This document shows, one piece after another, positions 14,001-24,044 of a stretch of 64,000 bases of DNA; within the stretch, counting starts at the first letter, position 1, and each line of letters begins with the position of its first letter. The stretch lies in the NCBI GenBank assembly GCA_000004985.1, contig GG738862.1; one strand, written 5' to 3'. The translations under genes and the position numbers were made by a program. The stretch comes from Naegleria gruberi. Lineage: Eukaryota. The notes under the pieces were generated by a model. It was not told the DNA's origin, searched no databases, and saw only the letters and a list, made by a program, of their open reading frames with translations.

Positions 14001-14299
14001 TTTAAGGAAATACCAGATAGTAAATTATCCGAATGTTCCTTTCTAAATTCCATCAAATGGTGCAAAACTTCCATATTTTCATCCAATCCACTTTGTTTTA
14101 TCGTGTAAAACACATCGGAATACATTCTAAACATTGACTCTGATGCCGTCTTACTCCTCTGTGATGACGATAACGTACCAGAAGCCTTTGTTGGCTGATT
14201 ATTGTTTGCATTATTTGCCGTTGTGTTAGTATTTGCTGTTGTTGAAGTTTGTTGCGAAGAAGAATTCGCTGATGGAACAAAAACCATTTTTTTTTTCAA
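5072..14299 (-). CDS. Giant 3075-aa single-exon protein with a P-loop-like GEGKTS motif (possibly the DUF3638/DUF3645-type large eukaryotic protein family)
   Basis: Uninterrupted 9.2-kb ORF. It has an N/T/S-rich N-terminus and a Walker-A-like MGEGKTSVIIPMLVLAFN near aa 1870, followed by hydrophobic strand-like segments. The family assignment is from memory of the GEGKTS context only. Confidence 0.8.
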   Translation of the reverse strand: MKKKMVFVPSANSSSQQTSTTANTNTTANNANNNQPTKASGTLSSSQRSKTASESMFRMYSDVFYTIKQSGLDENMEVLHHLMEFRKEHSDNLLSGISLKWLDKYFANIAAVQSNLNDIDIPKGKTITSYLTESNDCISFYLTGNNCLLMFEYSSDSTPKYIASAFTCHPKNANIYKCDICCMTYPELSVSVLDDNIPVLESQSFLNQLTYLTESQEMSSAKTKRKGTVVSEDREVSSPILITEWMLSLLSGGPTNIVANNIKKKVRSFVRPKQDGTRRSPFWISLKASLHYKFNKIYGPIQGKFLYKLFMLDFMSYLCKKARTYINMSNDYLMQMIIKISLRATKLENLKSTLSKEVNNQKLKDMLHVSKSSALFTTRDTKEFIQKRMDVTIQEIKKNDTFNTNFPKNTDSCSQNLSNSLQKIKDNKTLFEQREISLLNSSLPKEEHDNIYTTRQLMEYESWVRDELFTIIDESKKGKSFSDTVYKKMDAYYNLGSKFYENDPIGKSRFILTLFGFLKAMHIIAISCSKLLEEYSTGVDVSTFKYLLLDSPSDMKFALELEQYFTRFDKTTKRPCDFLTNKLSANSYCVLFVRHDKTMRQTLDQILKENEERKKQKLEEVRRGKNDYQRNYNRYNNMECEYFINVHGYTRHSKYCSKCSLKRSLDNTYVSIFEDFLPSGYVEQYAIVFELLIPNYYMNYRDAFFCMAQLQCRVQKTDKIPSTWREQGYLENFTSGRPPCSTIGSTVKGFSDTHYSRQHVQSSEDSFLKPNGCDLVATVGNDHTYTMTHSSMKESNFTFKIESPEYANLEWAISGFDHSQNQVIANQALCHPNLSLAEFVEYGSLRAGFRLQWHNIVRCLANEKLSIQRPDVTVLLLQSMLQNCPNDSDVWYREVNEPLQNSMFCSKLLELLESILEKYKENWKSYQVVLVLIVAALRVINIHITQSIIDKYIEFLTKIRNLILKWSKDIETLIVTMTDSPPLEIAKIRQNLIDINCCAVLTFNLEPSVLKPQLAIHTNVEIWCKCVSRIHDNTVLSKQFTFPKNTLKVFLLRRYYQTACLIEKYIGLPSIALNIFAEFYWSGYTDPYAKWEKVANGWVKAALLTDSGFTAIAFNIVRGTFLVNGNPIGRLPDPITADAKYKRVFGNFVFDVQQATRPDAFVTSYDIDGCQLEFRKSMQFILKHGSETSILLSHKIFEYDLPAQFVENYSHWYDVTTNCVLFRPISFFSPKFKSSIAYKLDVTEKKLKEVGTERVLMNYFGETYTEVLKSISRIELKHNIHIFANNDEVLVELPRLGLHFELVNNSYLRSKEFSMIVCDSFYCGTLIGLSNAIMLKDENPNSSKKIVLVPNGEISTEKFKHHHLTRIDMTKSIDTPYFTYSVNEYMWQLEANDSLSSWLFLALLHGITSSVIVDPFTKLTGYESALKILKSARCWPMRPLSKLETSLLEAISSISPDRSFHPPKMKVNEKITWPKTNLSSLCLLDAYKLIVDSIVKKSEETIFLDGESGSSVKKSDEEDPLFLARRYYKAYLNYYNPIVRLRISSQKDVNYVETIKISSMTSYVACKYLASISKNNFQKISAVELINSVSSFNPEKKVENFLYDWKNIDLEDDFLTLYEAAKTQTPADFKVFISYLGYVFPEKKKMLACFMIINLFANSFRNQHSPLIFSSVDDLECTDFDEDDVINLLKAANSRLTFDDEDDHETFNNDIRTCLRFAEIAFNKEQLMEKNKFGRLNFIDKSEAVDHINNYLSTLYNRERVQKFLQGIKSVLQNMMNNAKGDITIVNITMENLQPNETNQTFDIQNFTKVQEDGNKLVFGLADVPEMAKYIFEKGDISPYCEKDVIKTLEHDVQLFSHDSHDPLYNEYILDLEGSYLTANNPNQVTSAQLPNISVILELKEKIWKALECKLSNFSDTAKSAIAECGISNRLCPYLLFQDLISDTEQYCGCKDLIGALAVLTTLEQRYNRLKLMNNDPNKKVQFDRELENSGHVNWSPKKFPQWLLLEIELDLMIRPRQYEVANHMLSSSTNMVLQFNMGEGKTSVIIPMLVLAFNEAQIPRLTVLKQLLQTNYTYLSFKLGGILNRKVIYLPFSRDLKITATDLKTIRSVLEVMEKERSILITVPEYRLSFELKGIEKAIAKESIAHDYLRLQDYFEKHCRDILDESDEILHVRYQLIYTVGEQKDLDMGNLRWILPQKIMRIVRKHAESLFNKLGASHVEFFTRGDSHTFPYFRVLDKTSYNQLVDLIVDDILEGRASEIFIPYKLNDRENIKKILTAETISQTELDILSTMSNDILKSEILLMRGIFAFGLLYHSLNKRWRVNYGVNPNIKRLVAVPYRAKDCPSDRAEFGHPDIAILLTLLSYYYSGLTNEQLDVVFQFLQRIESPDVEYEKWVYEMKNIPESIKHYKSINLEDFIQKTQVLYPALRNNMAVIDFFLNRAVFSRECKQFDRKISASAWNLCKESKFPTCGFSGTKAFLLPITIKENELPSLRGTTGELLKILLSKENEEYHVVKQAEITNFISELNANNQRVLIDVGALMLEMSNMNLCKYWLNSVTEQVADAAVFFNTQDQLVVLDRNGLIIPFEISPYKNKLERCLIYLDDIHTRGTDLKFPTGMKAAVTLGNGLTFERLCQACMRMRLLGKGHSVAFWASQEVDRFINDNFSQQLTIQERILKWSIHNRVQMENDHYLQWSTSGLLFYSKKIAKTEYDAKLKMDEYAEQCTENELFKISDFYGQERYEQYLLSIFEKRALHISKLFSIDISPSLELIRANINKRAHSKTIFSQILNEEQERELENELEEQRIVERPQKCDPAATVIDDTLELFMKKGILQEEYDVSIQPLKARPLSESLEETLLASPINWNHNIYATDNYLKTVSNASKNSPFFKPVTWLAYSEYSQTIIILSPEEANHYIQKLDKFSPTRILMFCSRTSPTSRIMIDEPAWSVPNNNFEIADKVLLNLLTDIHIFAGSLYFANQLEQDEFCKFLGIAPKPYAPNSKEEELFQQSIIDEFGLISRESLEGLPLLYKCRIFNRDAVKYLRTIINIRDKSCLFELSHLYNVLINNQKIVFK

Positions 14300-14467
14300 G
14301 CAATTTTATGAAATTTTTTCCATCACGTGATGAGAATATAAATTTATTTAATTTTGCGCAATCGGAATGAATTTTCGGAATTAATTGAAAGTAAACAAGA
14401 TAACAATAATAATATTGTTTTTACAGCAGCAACTTGTATTCAATTTGGTGAAAGTTATTAAAAAACT

Positions 14468-15034
14468 CTATTTCCTTAAATGTCTAATCAATTTTTGAAT
14501 TTTTGGAGCATACTTGTAAGTGGCAATTAATCTAAAAGGTTCCAACAGACGATTCACAATGTAAGCCACTGCAAAATTAGCATACTTTTCCGATTGATCG
14601 ATTTTTGTGGCATCAATGAGATTCAACTGAATTAAATATTCCATCACTGCTCTTGTTGGCAATAATCCATTCTGGAATAACAAGTACAAACAACCCAATG
14701 TTGCAAAGTATTGAGAAAAGTAAAAGATTAAACCTGTAGCTCCGTAATTCTTGATGAATTCTTTGATTTTTTCGAGGAGAGTCTTTTTGATTGGTGGATT
14801 CTCCTTAGTTTCGGTTGAGGAAGAGGTTGGGTTGATGGTTAGAGGAGTTTGTTGGAAGGATTTCTCTTGAGTTTGTTCGTGATTTTGCTTGACAATGTTT
14901 TGGTAGAAAGTTCGAGAGCAGACAATGAGCGGTTCCATGAGGAAACTGTTTACGAAAGGTTTCGAATTGGATTTGGAGAGAATAACAGTGGATCCTTTTG
15001 AGAGGACAAAAGATCTTCTTGTAGATGTAATCAT
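14468..15034 (-). CDS. DUF1279/FAM210-like small protein (188 aa)
   Basis: The segment KEFIKNYGATGLIFYFSQYFATLGCLYLLFQNGLLP matches the FAM210/DUF1279 core (KxYG..G..fY.....lG.fY). A hydrophobic helix lies in the C-terminal half. Confidence 0.55.
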   Translation of the reverse strand: MITSTRRSFVLSKGSTVILSKSNSKPFVNSFLMEPLIVCSRTFYQNIVKQNHEQTQEKSFQQTPLTINPTSSSTETKENPPIKKTLLEKIKEFIKNYGATGLIFYFSQYFATLGCLYLLFQNGLLPTRAVMEYLIQLNLIDATKIDQSEKYANFAVAYIVNRLLEPFRLIATYKYAPKIQKLIRHLRK

Positions 15035-15190
15035 GTTGTTGTTTTTTTGTGTTTTGGAATGTGAAATTCAAAGCTGGAGTAGTGACACTTGATTGTAAAT
15101 CTATGTTCCACTGTGTAAAATAGAAATCCTTCCATTAGAATAAAGATCATCCACAAATCATTACGGAGAAGATAATTGTAAATGTTTATT

Positions 15191-18100
15191 TTACAATTCC
15201 ACAATTTCAATTTCATCACTCTTATCTTTGAGTTGAATGACTGGATAAATATCATTCAAGAGTTGAGGATCATTGCTCACTGAGAGTTTCTTGAGAAGAA
15301 TGAAAGGTTTCTTATTATTGACCGAAACCCAAATTGTTCCATTCTTATCTAGATTCATTTCAACAGTTGTTCCACTTCTTTCATTTACAACCACTTCTCT
15401 CACTCCAGATTCTGGCATTTTAATTCCCTCCTGTCCACAGAAAAATCCATCATTCAAATAATAATACCATCCACATGTTTCATGATTTGAAAAATTGTAT
15501 TTCAATTTGCTTTTTGGTGCAAAGCCAAACATGATGCTTGAACTGATAGTGGAGAGGACTTTGATTTTGTATCTGAAAGTTTTGGTTAATACAACTGTGC
15601 AATTCCATTCACTTTGTGACATGCCAATCTTTTTGGCACGTTTTGGATTGGTGAGTTGAGCTGTGAGACTCTTTGCTTCTGAATCGAATGTAATATCCAC
15701 AATGGCTTGATCAAAGTTTGATCCACAAATGTTAATATTCGAACCAGCAAAATCATGTCCATTTAAATTACATTTAGATAAATTGGCACCAAACATATTA
15801 GAGTTGGTAATGAGAGTTTGTGAGAGGTTACATTGAGAGAAATCTGCCTCTGTAAGATTACAATTGGTAAAGACAGCTCCTTGTAAATTGGCATGTTTGA
15901 ATACTGCTCTGGAAAGGTCGAGTTTTGTAAACTGAAATCCTTCCAAATTACAATCAGTAAAGTCCACTCCTGTGACACTTAATGAACTTTGCAACACATC
16001 CGTATCAAAGAAGGCAGAACAGAGTTTGGCTCCGCTGAGACTGAGTCCATCATTGAGGATTGACTTGATATTACATCCAAAAAGGATAGCCTTATTGAGC
16101 GAGCTGTTTCTCAATAGAGCTGAATCTAAATTACAATAGGTAAAGTTTGCTCCCTCAAAATTACAATTGGATAGATTAGTTTTGGAAAGGTTGCAATTGG
16201 ACAAGTTGGCCAAACTGAAATCAGAGCCAAAGAAATCTAAGGATGACAAGTCGAAACCAATCAATGAAGATCTTGACCAATTGGTGGATCTTAGACTTGT
16301 AGATTTTCTCAATAATCTTTCATTAACCATAGAACCACTAAATTGTGAGCTACTCAAATCATATCCAGTACTCGTAGATGCTACTTGTGTCAAGTCACAC
16401 AAATTAAAGTTTACATTTCTACATATTGCCTTTTCAATGTTACAACCAAATAATTTAGAGATTTTGAGTGTAACTCCATTCAAAGAGGCTCCAACGAACT
16501 TGGAATTACTCAAATCACATCCAATCATTTCACAATTACTGAGAGTGCATCCACTGAAATCACAATACTTGAAATTGCAATTGTGGAATTTGGCCTTGGA
16601 AATTTGAATTCCAGATAAATCACAATCAACAATTTCAGCATCCATAATAGTGATATTACTCAAATCCAATTGTTTGAGATCCTTCTTGGTGAGAATGAGT
16701 GGTTTCTTTTGATATTTGGAAGTACTCAATAAGAAGGTGAAATCATTTTGAGAGAGAACAGTTGAATCAGTTGTCAATTCAGCAGTTTCCTCATCAATTT
16801 CATTGACAATTTCATCCTTGAGAGATGCTTTCATCTTGTTCAATCCGAAATATTCCGCAACATGACTCAATCTTTCCTTTAAATATTCACAATCAATACT
16901 AATATTACCATATCTGAGCCAATGCAATATATATTTGAACAATGCAGGATCACAATCAATAAAGTAAGAACCATCCTCACATTTTCTCAATGGATATTCA
17001 CCATCAAACATTTTAGCCAACACTGAATTCTTTTCCAAACTCGTATCAGTAAGTGTTTGAAGAGTTGCCTTCATCTTTTTACCTCCAACGTTCAAAGTAA
17101 TTGGTTGATTAGATTTTGGAAGCTTGACACGATATTTAGCTGTCTGATCCCATTTTTTAGTTTCACTCTCCAACTTTTCTTTAAGAGTTTCAATTTTTTC
17201 CTGTAACATTTTACAATCATTTTCCAATTTGGCTTGCAAATCTGCCTTATCCGCAATTTCCTTCTCAAACTTGTCCTTCTTTGTGAGATATTCCTTTTCC
17301 CAATCCTGTTCAGTTTTAATCTTTGATTGGAGACGTGAGAGAGATCTAGATTTGGAAGGACTAAATGCTGGATTATAGGCATTCGATGCTGGACTTGGCA
17401 TTTCCTTCTCAGCATCCAAAGCAATTGCCTCTTTCACCAATGCAGCAATTGGTGAATTCTTAATCGATGCACGATAAGCAAGAGCTACTGAATTAGCAGA
17501 TGGAGTTGTCTTTCCATGTTGATAGAGAGGATTGATGAATTCAATTTCTTCCTCATCTTGATCTTGTGTTGGTTGTTCTTGTTGGAAATTGAGAGAAACT
17601 TGACTTGCTTCTTGAGCAAAGAAATTCAAGTTGACAGCACTTGCGAATGGATTTGCTTTCTTGACACGGACAACTTTGACTTTTTTGACATTTGGTGCTG
17701 ATGATGATTGTTGAAGATTTGTTGATGGATTTGATGATGATGGTGATGGTGATGAATTTTGATTATTATTATTCTTAATGATGAAAAATAATTATTATTC
17801 GAAAGTTGGTGAATGTAAATTTTACATACATTGATAAAGACACTTTGACTTCTATAAATTGTATTAGATGACAAGGCTCCCATAGAATTAAAATCCGTAA
17901 TTACATGTTGTGAATCCGCATCCAATAAAGTAGACGAAACTTGTGGAGATTCCAAAGAACAAGGAGAAACCACAGAAGGTGATTCGTCCACAAATGATGA
18001 TACTGGCGAAGGTTGTATATCCAAACTTCCACGTAATTCTTCAGCTTCATCAGGAAAATCCGAAATTTGTGGCTTTCGTGTAGATTTCGAATTCTTTGGA

Positions 18101-18192
18101 GGAGTAGACGAATCTCCTTCGCCACCACCACTTGTTTGATTGGAACCTAAACCAATTCTGTCCTTGAAAGTGCCCAAGTTTAGTCTTCTCAT
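15191..18192 (-). CDS. KCTD9-like protein: coiled coil, BTB/T1 domain, a long pentapeptide-repeat array and a SPRY-like C-terminus. Two exons.
   Basis: BTB/T1: ITLNVGGKKMKATLQTLT...DGSYFIDCDPALFKYILHWLRYGNI. More than 40 pentapeptide repeats (NCNFKYCDFSGCTLSNCEMIGCDLSNSKF...). Upstream exon 17829-18192 (MRRLNLGTFKDR, S/P-rich) joins through a 56-nt intron at 17773-17828 on the minus strand (gtatgt...attaag), in frame with ...NLNFFAQE. The ORF-track start at 17629 is a TTG, not a real start. Confidence 0.7.
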
Positions 18193-18376
18193 TTTTTTTT
18201 GTATGGTTTTTGGGTGATTTTGTAAGGTTTCGAATTTTCTTGTCGAGATTCGAATAAAAATGTGAAAGGTGAATTTGGGTCGATATTTGTCGAATTACCA
18301 AAAAGAATAGTTTTACCAAATGATATCTTTACCATTGTATTAAAAGAGTAAAATACAATAATTAAAAAAAACAATA

Positions 18377-19126
18377 ATGAAAAACAGTTATTCGAAACAT
18401 TTGAATCGTCTAGTTTCCAAACACTGGACAAAAACCAATCAAAATTACCTTTCCTCTCATTCCAATACACCAATTCCATTCTCCTCCCAATCCTACAGTC
18501 TCATTTTCAATTCCAAATCTACCAAAGTTTCGTCTCCTTTCTTCCCAACCAATTCCTTCCAATCCTTTCTCTATTCCTCAACCTCAACCTCCAAACCAAC
18601 TTCCACTCCAAACTCCAATCTTTCCAATCAAGTTTCAAGTGGTCGCGTTTTCGATAATTTAAATTCCTCGTCAATTTTATTTATCGATCCAACGAGTGGA
18701 ATTCCAATTGTTTTTCGAAAGGAAAAATTAGAAACTTTTCCAATGAATAGTGAGAAGGAAGCTTCTGAAGAGGTTATTTATCATAATTTAAAGTTTCTGG
18801 TGAATAATTCGATTTTGGAAGAAAGTGATTTGGTTATTCGATTGTGTGAATTGTGGATTTCTAATTTTGGAGATCCTGAGGATGAACAACATTCAATGGT
18901 GTTGTTGGGACAATATTTGAGAAAATGTGGAATTAAGAATAAGAACATTGATCAAATAATGAAGCAAGTGAATAGTTTCGGTTCGCATTATTCGAATTCG
19001 TTCAAAACCAATCATTCTTTATTCAATAGGGGAAATGAAGAGGTGGAACATCAAGATGAAGTGAACATTGACCGATTATTGACAACACACAAAGCATTTC
19101 CCTACATTCAACTCGAAGAAGAATAA
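18377..19126 (+). CDS. Hypothetical S/T-rich protein (249 aa)
   Basis: ORF only. The N-terminus is low-complexity Ser/Pro/Thr-rich. No motif recognised. Confidence 0.4.
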   Translation: MKNSYSKHLNRLVSKHWTKTNQNYLSSHSNTPIPFSSQSYSLIFNSKSTKVSSPFFPTNSFQSFLYSSTSTSKPTSTPNSNLSNQVSSGRVFDNLNSSSILFIDPTSGIPIVFRKEKLETFPMNSEKEASEEVIYHNLKFLVNNSILEESDLVIRLCELWISNFGDPEDEQHSMVLLGQYLRKCGIKNKNIDQIMKQVNSFGSHYSNSFKTNHSLFNRGNEEVEHQDEVNIDRLLTTHKAFPYIQLEEE

Positions 19127-19167
19127 AACCAAAATTTATCTTTTTAATTCCACAAAATGTGTGAAAT

Positions 19168-20847
19168 TTAAATTGAATTCATAAAATATTCATCATCGTC
19201 ATGCTCAATTGTAGTTCCCATCGATTCTAGATAAGTTTTGGCATCACCTTTTATCCAGCCAAACCAAGTTGGAAATTTAGAGCACCAAAATAATGCCTTC
19301 TCATAATCAACAGGAATTCCACATTCACCCCTCATGTATAATTGTCCCAATGATATTAAGACTTCTTTTCTCGATAAAAAGGAACACGATTTGGAAAGTT
19401 GTACGAGCTCTGCAAATCCACGCTGTTTATCTTGTGCAAGAAATCCTTGAATTCCTGTAATGTGTTTCCTTGCTATCCATGGTGAATACCAGTCAATATC
19501 GTCTCGTTTCTGTAAGAATGTGTAGATTTGGAAAATTGTGGAAATAGGTAATTGAGAATTACAAGCCCAACAAAGTGAATGAATTGTCGATTGTTTCATG
19601 TTTCCAACAAAATATTGGAAAAATTCATTACAAATCGTACTTCCTTTCTTTGATAGAATTGTGGCATTGAAAAATAGTTCACAAGATATTCCATGCCCGA
19701 TTTGACTGGGAGAGGTTGCTATACGAGAAAGACGCAAATTATCAAAAGTGGACAAAGCAGAGTCGTTACAATAATTGGATTCTTCATAGTTGTTATCGTA
19801 CAGAGGAAGAAACAAGGAAAAACATGTCATTGACGAAAGTACATTGGAAATTTCGTTGTGTATCAGTTCTCTCTCTGATTCATCAAATAGGTTTTCCTTA
19901 TTTTGATTGATAATGCTTAATTCACCAAGAAAGCGCATGATATTCGAATAGACATCTTTGGAATTAAAACAATCACTTAAATTTGTTAAGGCAAGATTAG
20001 AAATCAGACTAATATCCTCTCTTCCAATTAATTTTACCAGAAATCTATTACACAAATCCATAGCACTCTGGTTTCCGTTATAAGCAAGACGACACAAGGC
20101 CAAAAAACCACATTCTTTCGTTTTTTCAAATAAGGTGACTCTCTTTAGTCCCAAATTCATTTCACTCAATTTTGTTTCAAGTTCAGTAGTAAACTTTTGG
20201 CTTATCTGACAAATCTTTTCAGAATTTCCCTCCTTTAAATATTCTAATAGTGATGAAATACAATTTTCTAAACTAGGTAAATTATCATAACTCTGTTTCA
20301 CATCTATCAAGCTCAGTTTCTTTGCAAACTCAACATCTCCATTCAACAATGAAGAAACATACCAAGCCAAACTTGTGGGCATATACCTTCTAAAATCACC
20401 AACAAACATGCAGAGTTCTGGATATTGGTCGATTATGAATATAATCTTTTTCAATAATTCACACATTTCTAATAGTGGTTCAGTGATATTGTCGTCTTTG
20501 TTGCTGTCCACTAAAAAACGACACAAAACAATGGACGGATCATCCCAACACAATTCATAAATTGTTGCTTCACTACCAATTTCAAACCTCACTCTCCAAC
20601 TGACATCATTTTCTTGATATTCAACATGAAACGGAGCAATCTTTCTCCATAAAAAACCATTAATAAACAATCGTCCGATTACATCTTGACTTGTTAAATT
20701 ATGAAATGAAGAAGTACTTGAAGAACTCAAGGGAAATAAGGCAAATTCGACAAGGTATTTAAACGAAGAGGTTTTCCTCTTGATGAAATACAGCAATCCG
20801 CCTCTTTCTTCTGCCTTTATCCCTTTGAAATAAAAGAACGTGGACAT
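19168..20847 (-). CDS. Hypothetical protein (559 aa), possibly with Sel1/TPR-like helical repeats at the C-terminus
   Basis: 1.68-kb ORF. The C-terminal GQLYMRGECGIPVDYEKALFWCSKF resembles a Sel1-type repeat. This is weak. Confidence 0.5.
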   Translation of the reverse strand: MSTFFYFKGIKAEERGGLLYFIKRKTSSFKYLVEFALFPLSSSSTSSFHNLTSQDVIGRLFINGFLWRKIAPFHVEYQENDVSWRVRFEIGSEATIYELCWDDPSIVLCRFLVDSNKDDNITEPLLEMCELLKKIIFIIDQYPELCMFVGDFRRYMPTSLAWYVSSLLNGDVEFAKKLSLIDVKQSYDNLPSLENCISSLLEYLKEGNSEKICQISQKFTTELETKLSEMNLGLKRVTLFEKTKECGFLALCRLAYNGNQSAMDLCNRFLVKLIGREDISLISNLALTNLSDCFNSKDVYSNIMRFLGELSIINQNKENLFDESERELIHNEISNVLSSMTCFSLFLPLYDNNYEESNYCNDSALSTFDNLRLSRIATSPSQIGHGISCELFFNATILSKKGSTICNEFFQYFVGNMKQSTIHSLCWACNSQLPISTIFQIYTFLQKRDDIDWYSPWIARKHITGIQGFLAQDKQRGFAELVQLSKSCSFLSRKEVLISLGQLYMRGECGIPVDYEKALFWCSKFPTWFGWIKGDAKTYLESMGTTIEHDDDEYFMNSI

Positions 20848-21058
20848 TTTTTTATATTAAGGATGTGATGAACTAACTCTCTGTTGGTTTTTCAACGATC
20901 GTGTGTGTAGTTTCCACCTTAATATTAATAATGTTAATAATATAAGTGTTAATTAAAAAATTAATGTCACACCTTAAATATCTACGCAACACTAAGCATT
21001 CGTATACTAATTGAAATATTTTACAAATTATTTGGGTTTAATTTCCAAACTGGAAACA

Positions 21059-23234
21059 TTAAATGTTATTAGTTTTTTTCAAATTTTGAACGGATAACCA
21101 TTTAGAATAGGTTGAGGTTTGTTGTAAACGATTGAAAGTATCCTGGAGGTTCAACAGCAAATCAGTTTCAACACATCTCCAAACTAAATCAAATTCAATC
21201 TGAGATTCAGCTTCACACTTTTCTAAAAGTGAATAAAACTTCCTCCTGCAAGTGAAAGGAAGGTTCACTTCATATTTTGAATAGTTTCTAATAAATTCAG
21301 CTTCAATTTCTTGTAATTCTTTGAACTTGACAAACTTTCTACCCTGTAGCGATTTCAACTTGATGTAAAATTCATAATTCTCTGAACTAAACTCCTTTTC
21401 ACAGTATTCCTTTAAAAGTACAAGTAAATCTGCATTTTTCAATTCTTGATCCCAATCCAGTTTTGACATTTCCTTTCGTTTTGTTATCATTTTGTAAATT
21501 TCAATCAATAAAACATTTCCTCCACTAATTTGGACGAAACTCAAACAAAGTAAAGTGTTGAAAATTCCTGTAAATATTGATAAATTTTGAATAGTTTCCA
21601 CATTTGACGAGCTCACTACTGAATTTTCAATTCCAGTTAGAATTCCAATGAAAAGTGGTATAAAAGTCGAAATTAAATCAACTCTAAAATAGAAAGGATC
21701 GTCGAAAAAGAAGAACTTTCGAATACCTCCTCCCTTTAGCATGTTTTTTCTTTGCAAGAACAAATCTAATAGCAAACAAAGTCCACAAAAAATCCACAAA
21801 ATAAGAATAGCAGCTAATAAAATAATAGGTCTATAAACATCGGCTGCTATCTTGCTTTCATTCACAAAATAGTAAACGCTTGTCAAGTTCAGTAAATGTG
21901 AAATTGGGAAGGTAAGAACTACGGTCACTAGCAATCCTGCCTTTTGAGAAGCGAGCATTTTCAATAACTTTTCTCTCTTTGGAAACATTACAATGAGAGA
22001 GTATAAATTTCGCAAATAATAGAACCGAACAATGGTGGTTCCATAAATGGTAACCCACCAAAAAAAGCAAAATAAAGAAACGCTATACCAAAATCCAACA
22101 CAAGTTCTGGATAGTCCAGTGAATGTAAGCATGATACCCAATATTAGAAGTGATGTGTATGGAATTCCAATTCTTCTTTTGATTGATGGTTTTTTGTAAA
22201 CTTTCAAACCGAATAACAATAAAAAATAAATTACTATAATTAGGAATTGAGGAATGATAAAGTAATCCAAAATTGGTACGAAATCCTCGCCATAACACCC
22301 ATCAGTTTGGCACATATAGCACGTAGAAGGAAGTAAATTTTGCCAAGTTTCATTCAAGGAAAGATCACCAGACATGTTCAAATTAATCTTATCATTAACG
22401 AGAGTCCAATTTCCATTAATTTGTGTCTTTCCAGTAATGTTACTAATGATATCAATATCTAGTTGAGAAAAATTAGCATAACCAGTCATCCTTCTAAAAA
22501 ATTGAGCATCCGAAATGTCAGGTCTGTTATCACAATTTGTAACTTCAAAATCAAACATGTTAGCAACTAACTGTATTGGTAGTAGATTGTGTGTAGACTT
22601 CATACGGGATGAGAGGTATCGCAACAAAGTCGGCAGTGTTCATGTAGATGCCAGATGCCATGTCAACATCGCGATAAAATCTCAGATAAAACGAAAAGTA
22701 ATAGGGATCCAACAAGATGGCATCATATTTTGCAAAGTAATTTCTTCTCTGACACATGTCCACCTGTGGATAAATAGGAAAGTAGCTGGAAGAATCTAAA
22801 CTATTTGATGACCCGACAGAAAGTGACAGATTTACACAGGTGAAAAATCTTGCCAAGTAATCATAAAAATCTGGAATAGGGCCGATGGTTAAACCCTTCT
22901 CCTTGACCGATTCTATCAAATACTTTCGTCTAGAATCGTTATTATTTGTGGTGATTAGTTTAGTCAAAGTTTCATTAGAAAATTTACTTTTCCACACGAA
23001 TAGTATTAGAAATGTTCTTACTCCAACCACAGAATCTCCGGTTTTAACTTGTGTAAGAAGTGGAGAAGTTGTAGTAACCAAGTCTAAAGCATTCTTTCTT
23101 TCACAAGTTGTGTGTGAAATGAGAAAAAACCAAGTGAATGTCAATAGAAGGAGAAAAGCTGATTTTTTCATGGTTGTCAAACGCAAATTTCGAAATTTCA
23201 TGCACTCTAGTTCTACTTGTTTCCAAAATAACAT
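21059..23234 (-). CDS. 7TM receptor with an RGS-domain fusion and a large N-terminal ectodomain carrying a signal peptide. Probably one gene, with the junction at about 22560-22640 unresolved.
   Basis: ORF 21059-22627 has seven hydrophobic helices and a C-terminal RGS box: KEYCEKEFSSENYEFYIKLK...EIEAEFIRNYSKYEVNLPFTCRRKFYSLL...FDLVWRCVETDLLLNLQDTFNRLQQTSTYSKW. ORF 22560-23234 begins with the signal peptide MKKSAFLLLLTFTWFFLISHTTC and ends 60 nt inside the next ORF in another frame. A 1-nt frameshift or an unrecognised splice is needed to join them. Confidence 0.6.
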
Positions 23235-24044
23235 TTACTTACTGGTTTTGGGGCACAACTGGGCACTTTAGGCAAGTTTCACATTTACCTTAGCTTAGGA
23301 ACTCGTCATGTATGATTTTGAAAACATAATATGAAACCAACACATCATCATCTTAAGATCATCATTGGTCTATCTAAAATGTATAGGAACTTGGTAAATT
23401 GACAACATGATGAAAATCTGATAATAAATATGATTTTAATCTGATAATAAATAGTAGTTACTAAAGACATGATTCAAGTTGGTGAAGTACATGTTGAGTT
23501 ATGGTCCAAATACTTTTTCAAAATTAGAATGTACCTATCCCTATAATAACTTGACCAAAATTGATTAGAGAAAGTTCTTCTACTATTGACCATTCCGAAC
23601 AATACTACATTAACATGATTTTTCCAACTTGTCCAGTAGATATTTAAAATTAAATTACTAAAAATTAATTTCCACAAATACAAATGGCATTATATTGATG
23701 ATGGAACACAATAATGATGATGGTTGGTGAATGATCGAATGATGGAACACCAACTTGTGATTTTCCATCATGAAAAATAAATTCCAATTTCATGATGATA
23801 ATCCACCAATAAAAATTACTATTATTATTACTATTTAGATCATGTTGAGATGATGTTGTGAAGGTTTGGTAGCTTCAAGATGTGAAACCACTCCGAAAAT
23901 CATTAAAGTACATCACATACTCGATGTTGAAATATTTTTTATTGTTTTTTGTTATTTACATATTACATATTTATTTTTATTGTTTTTTTGTTTTATTTAA
24001 ATCTGAGAAAAGATGAAGAACAGTTTATTCCAATAATCATTCAC

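Noticed and set aside
5575-14280. About 20 short ORFs (60-116 aa) on either strand inside the 3075-aa gene
   Set aside because: Each is nested in a 9.2-kb uninterrupted ORF with a coherent protein-like composition, so they are chance ORFs.
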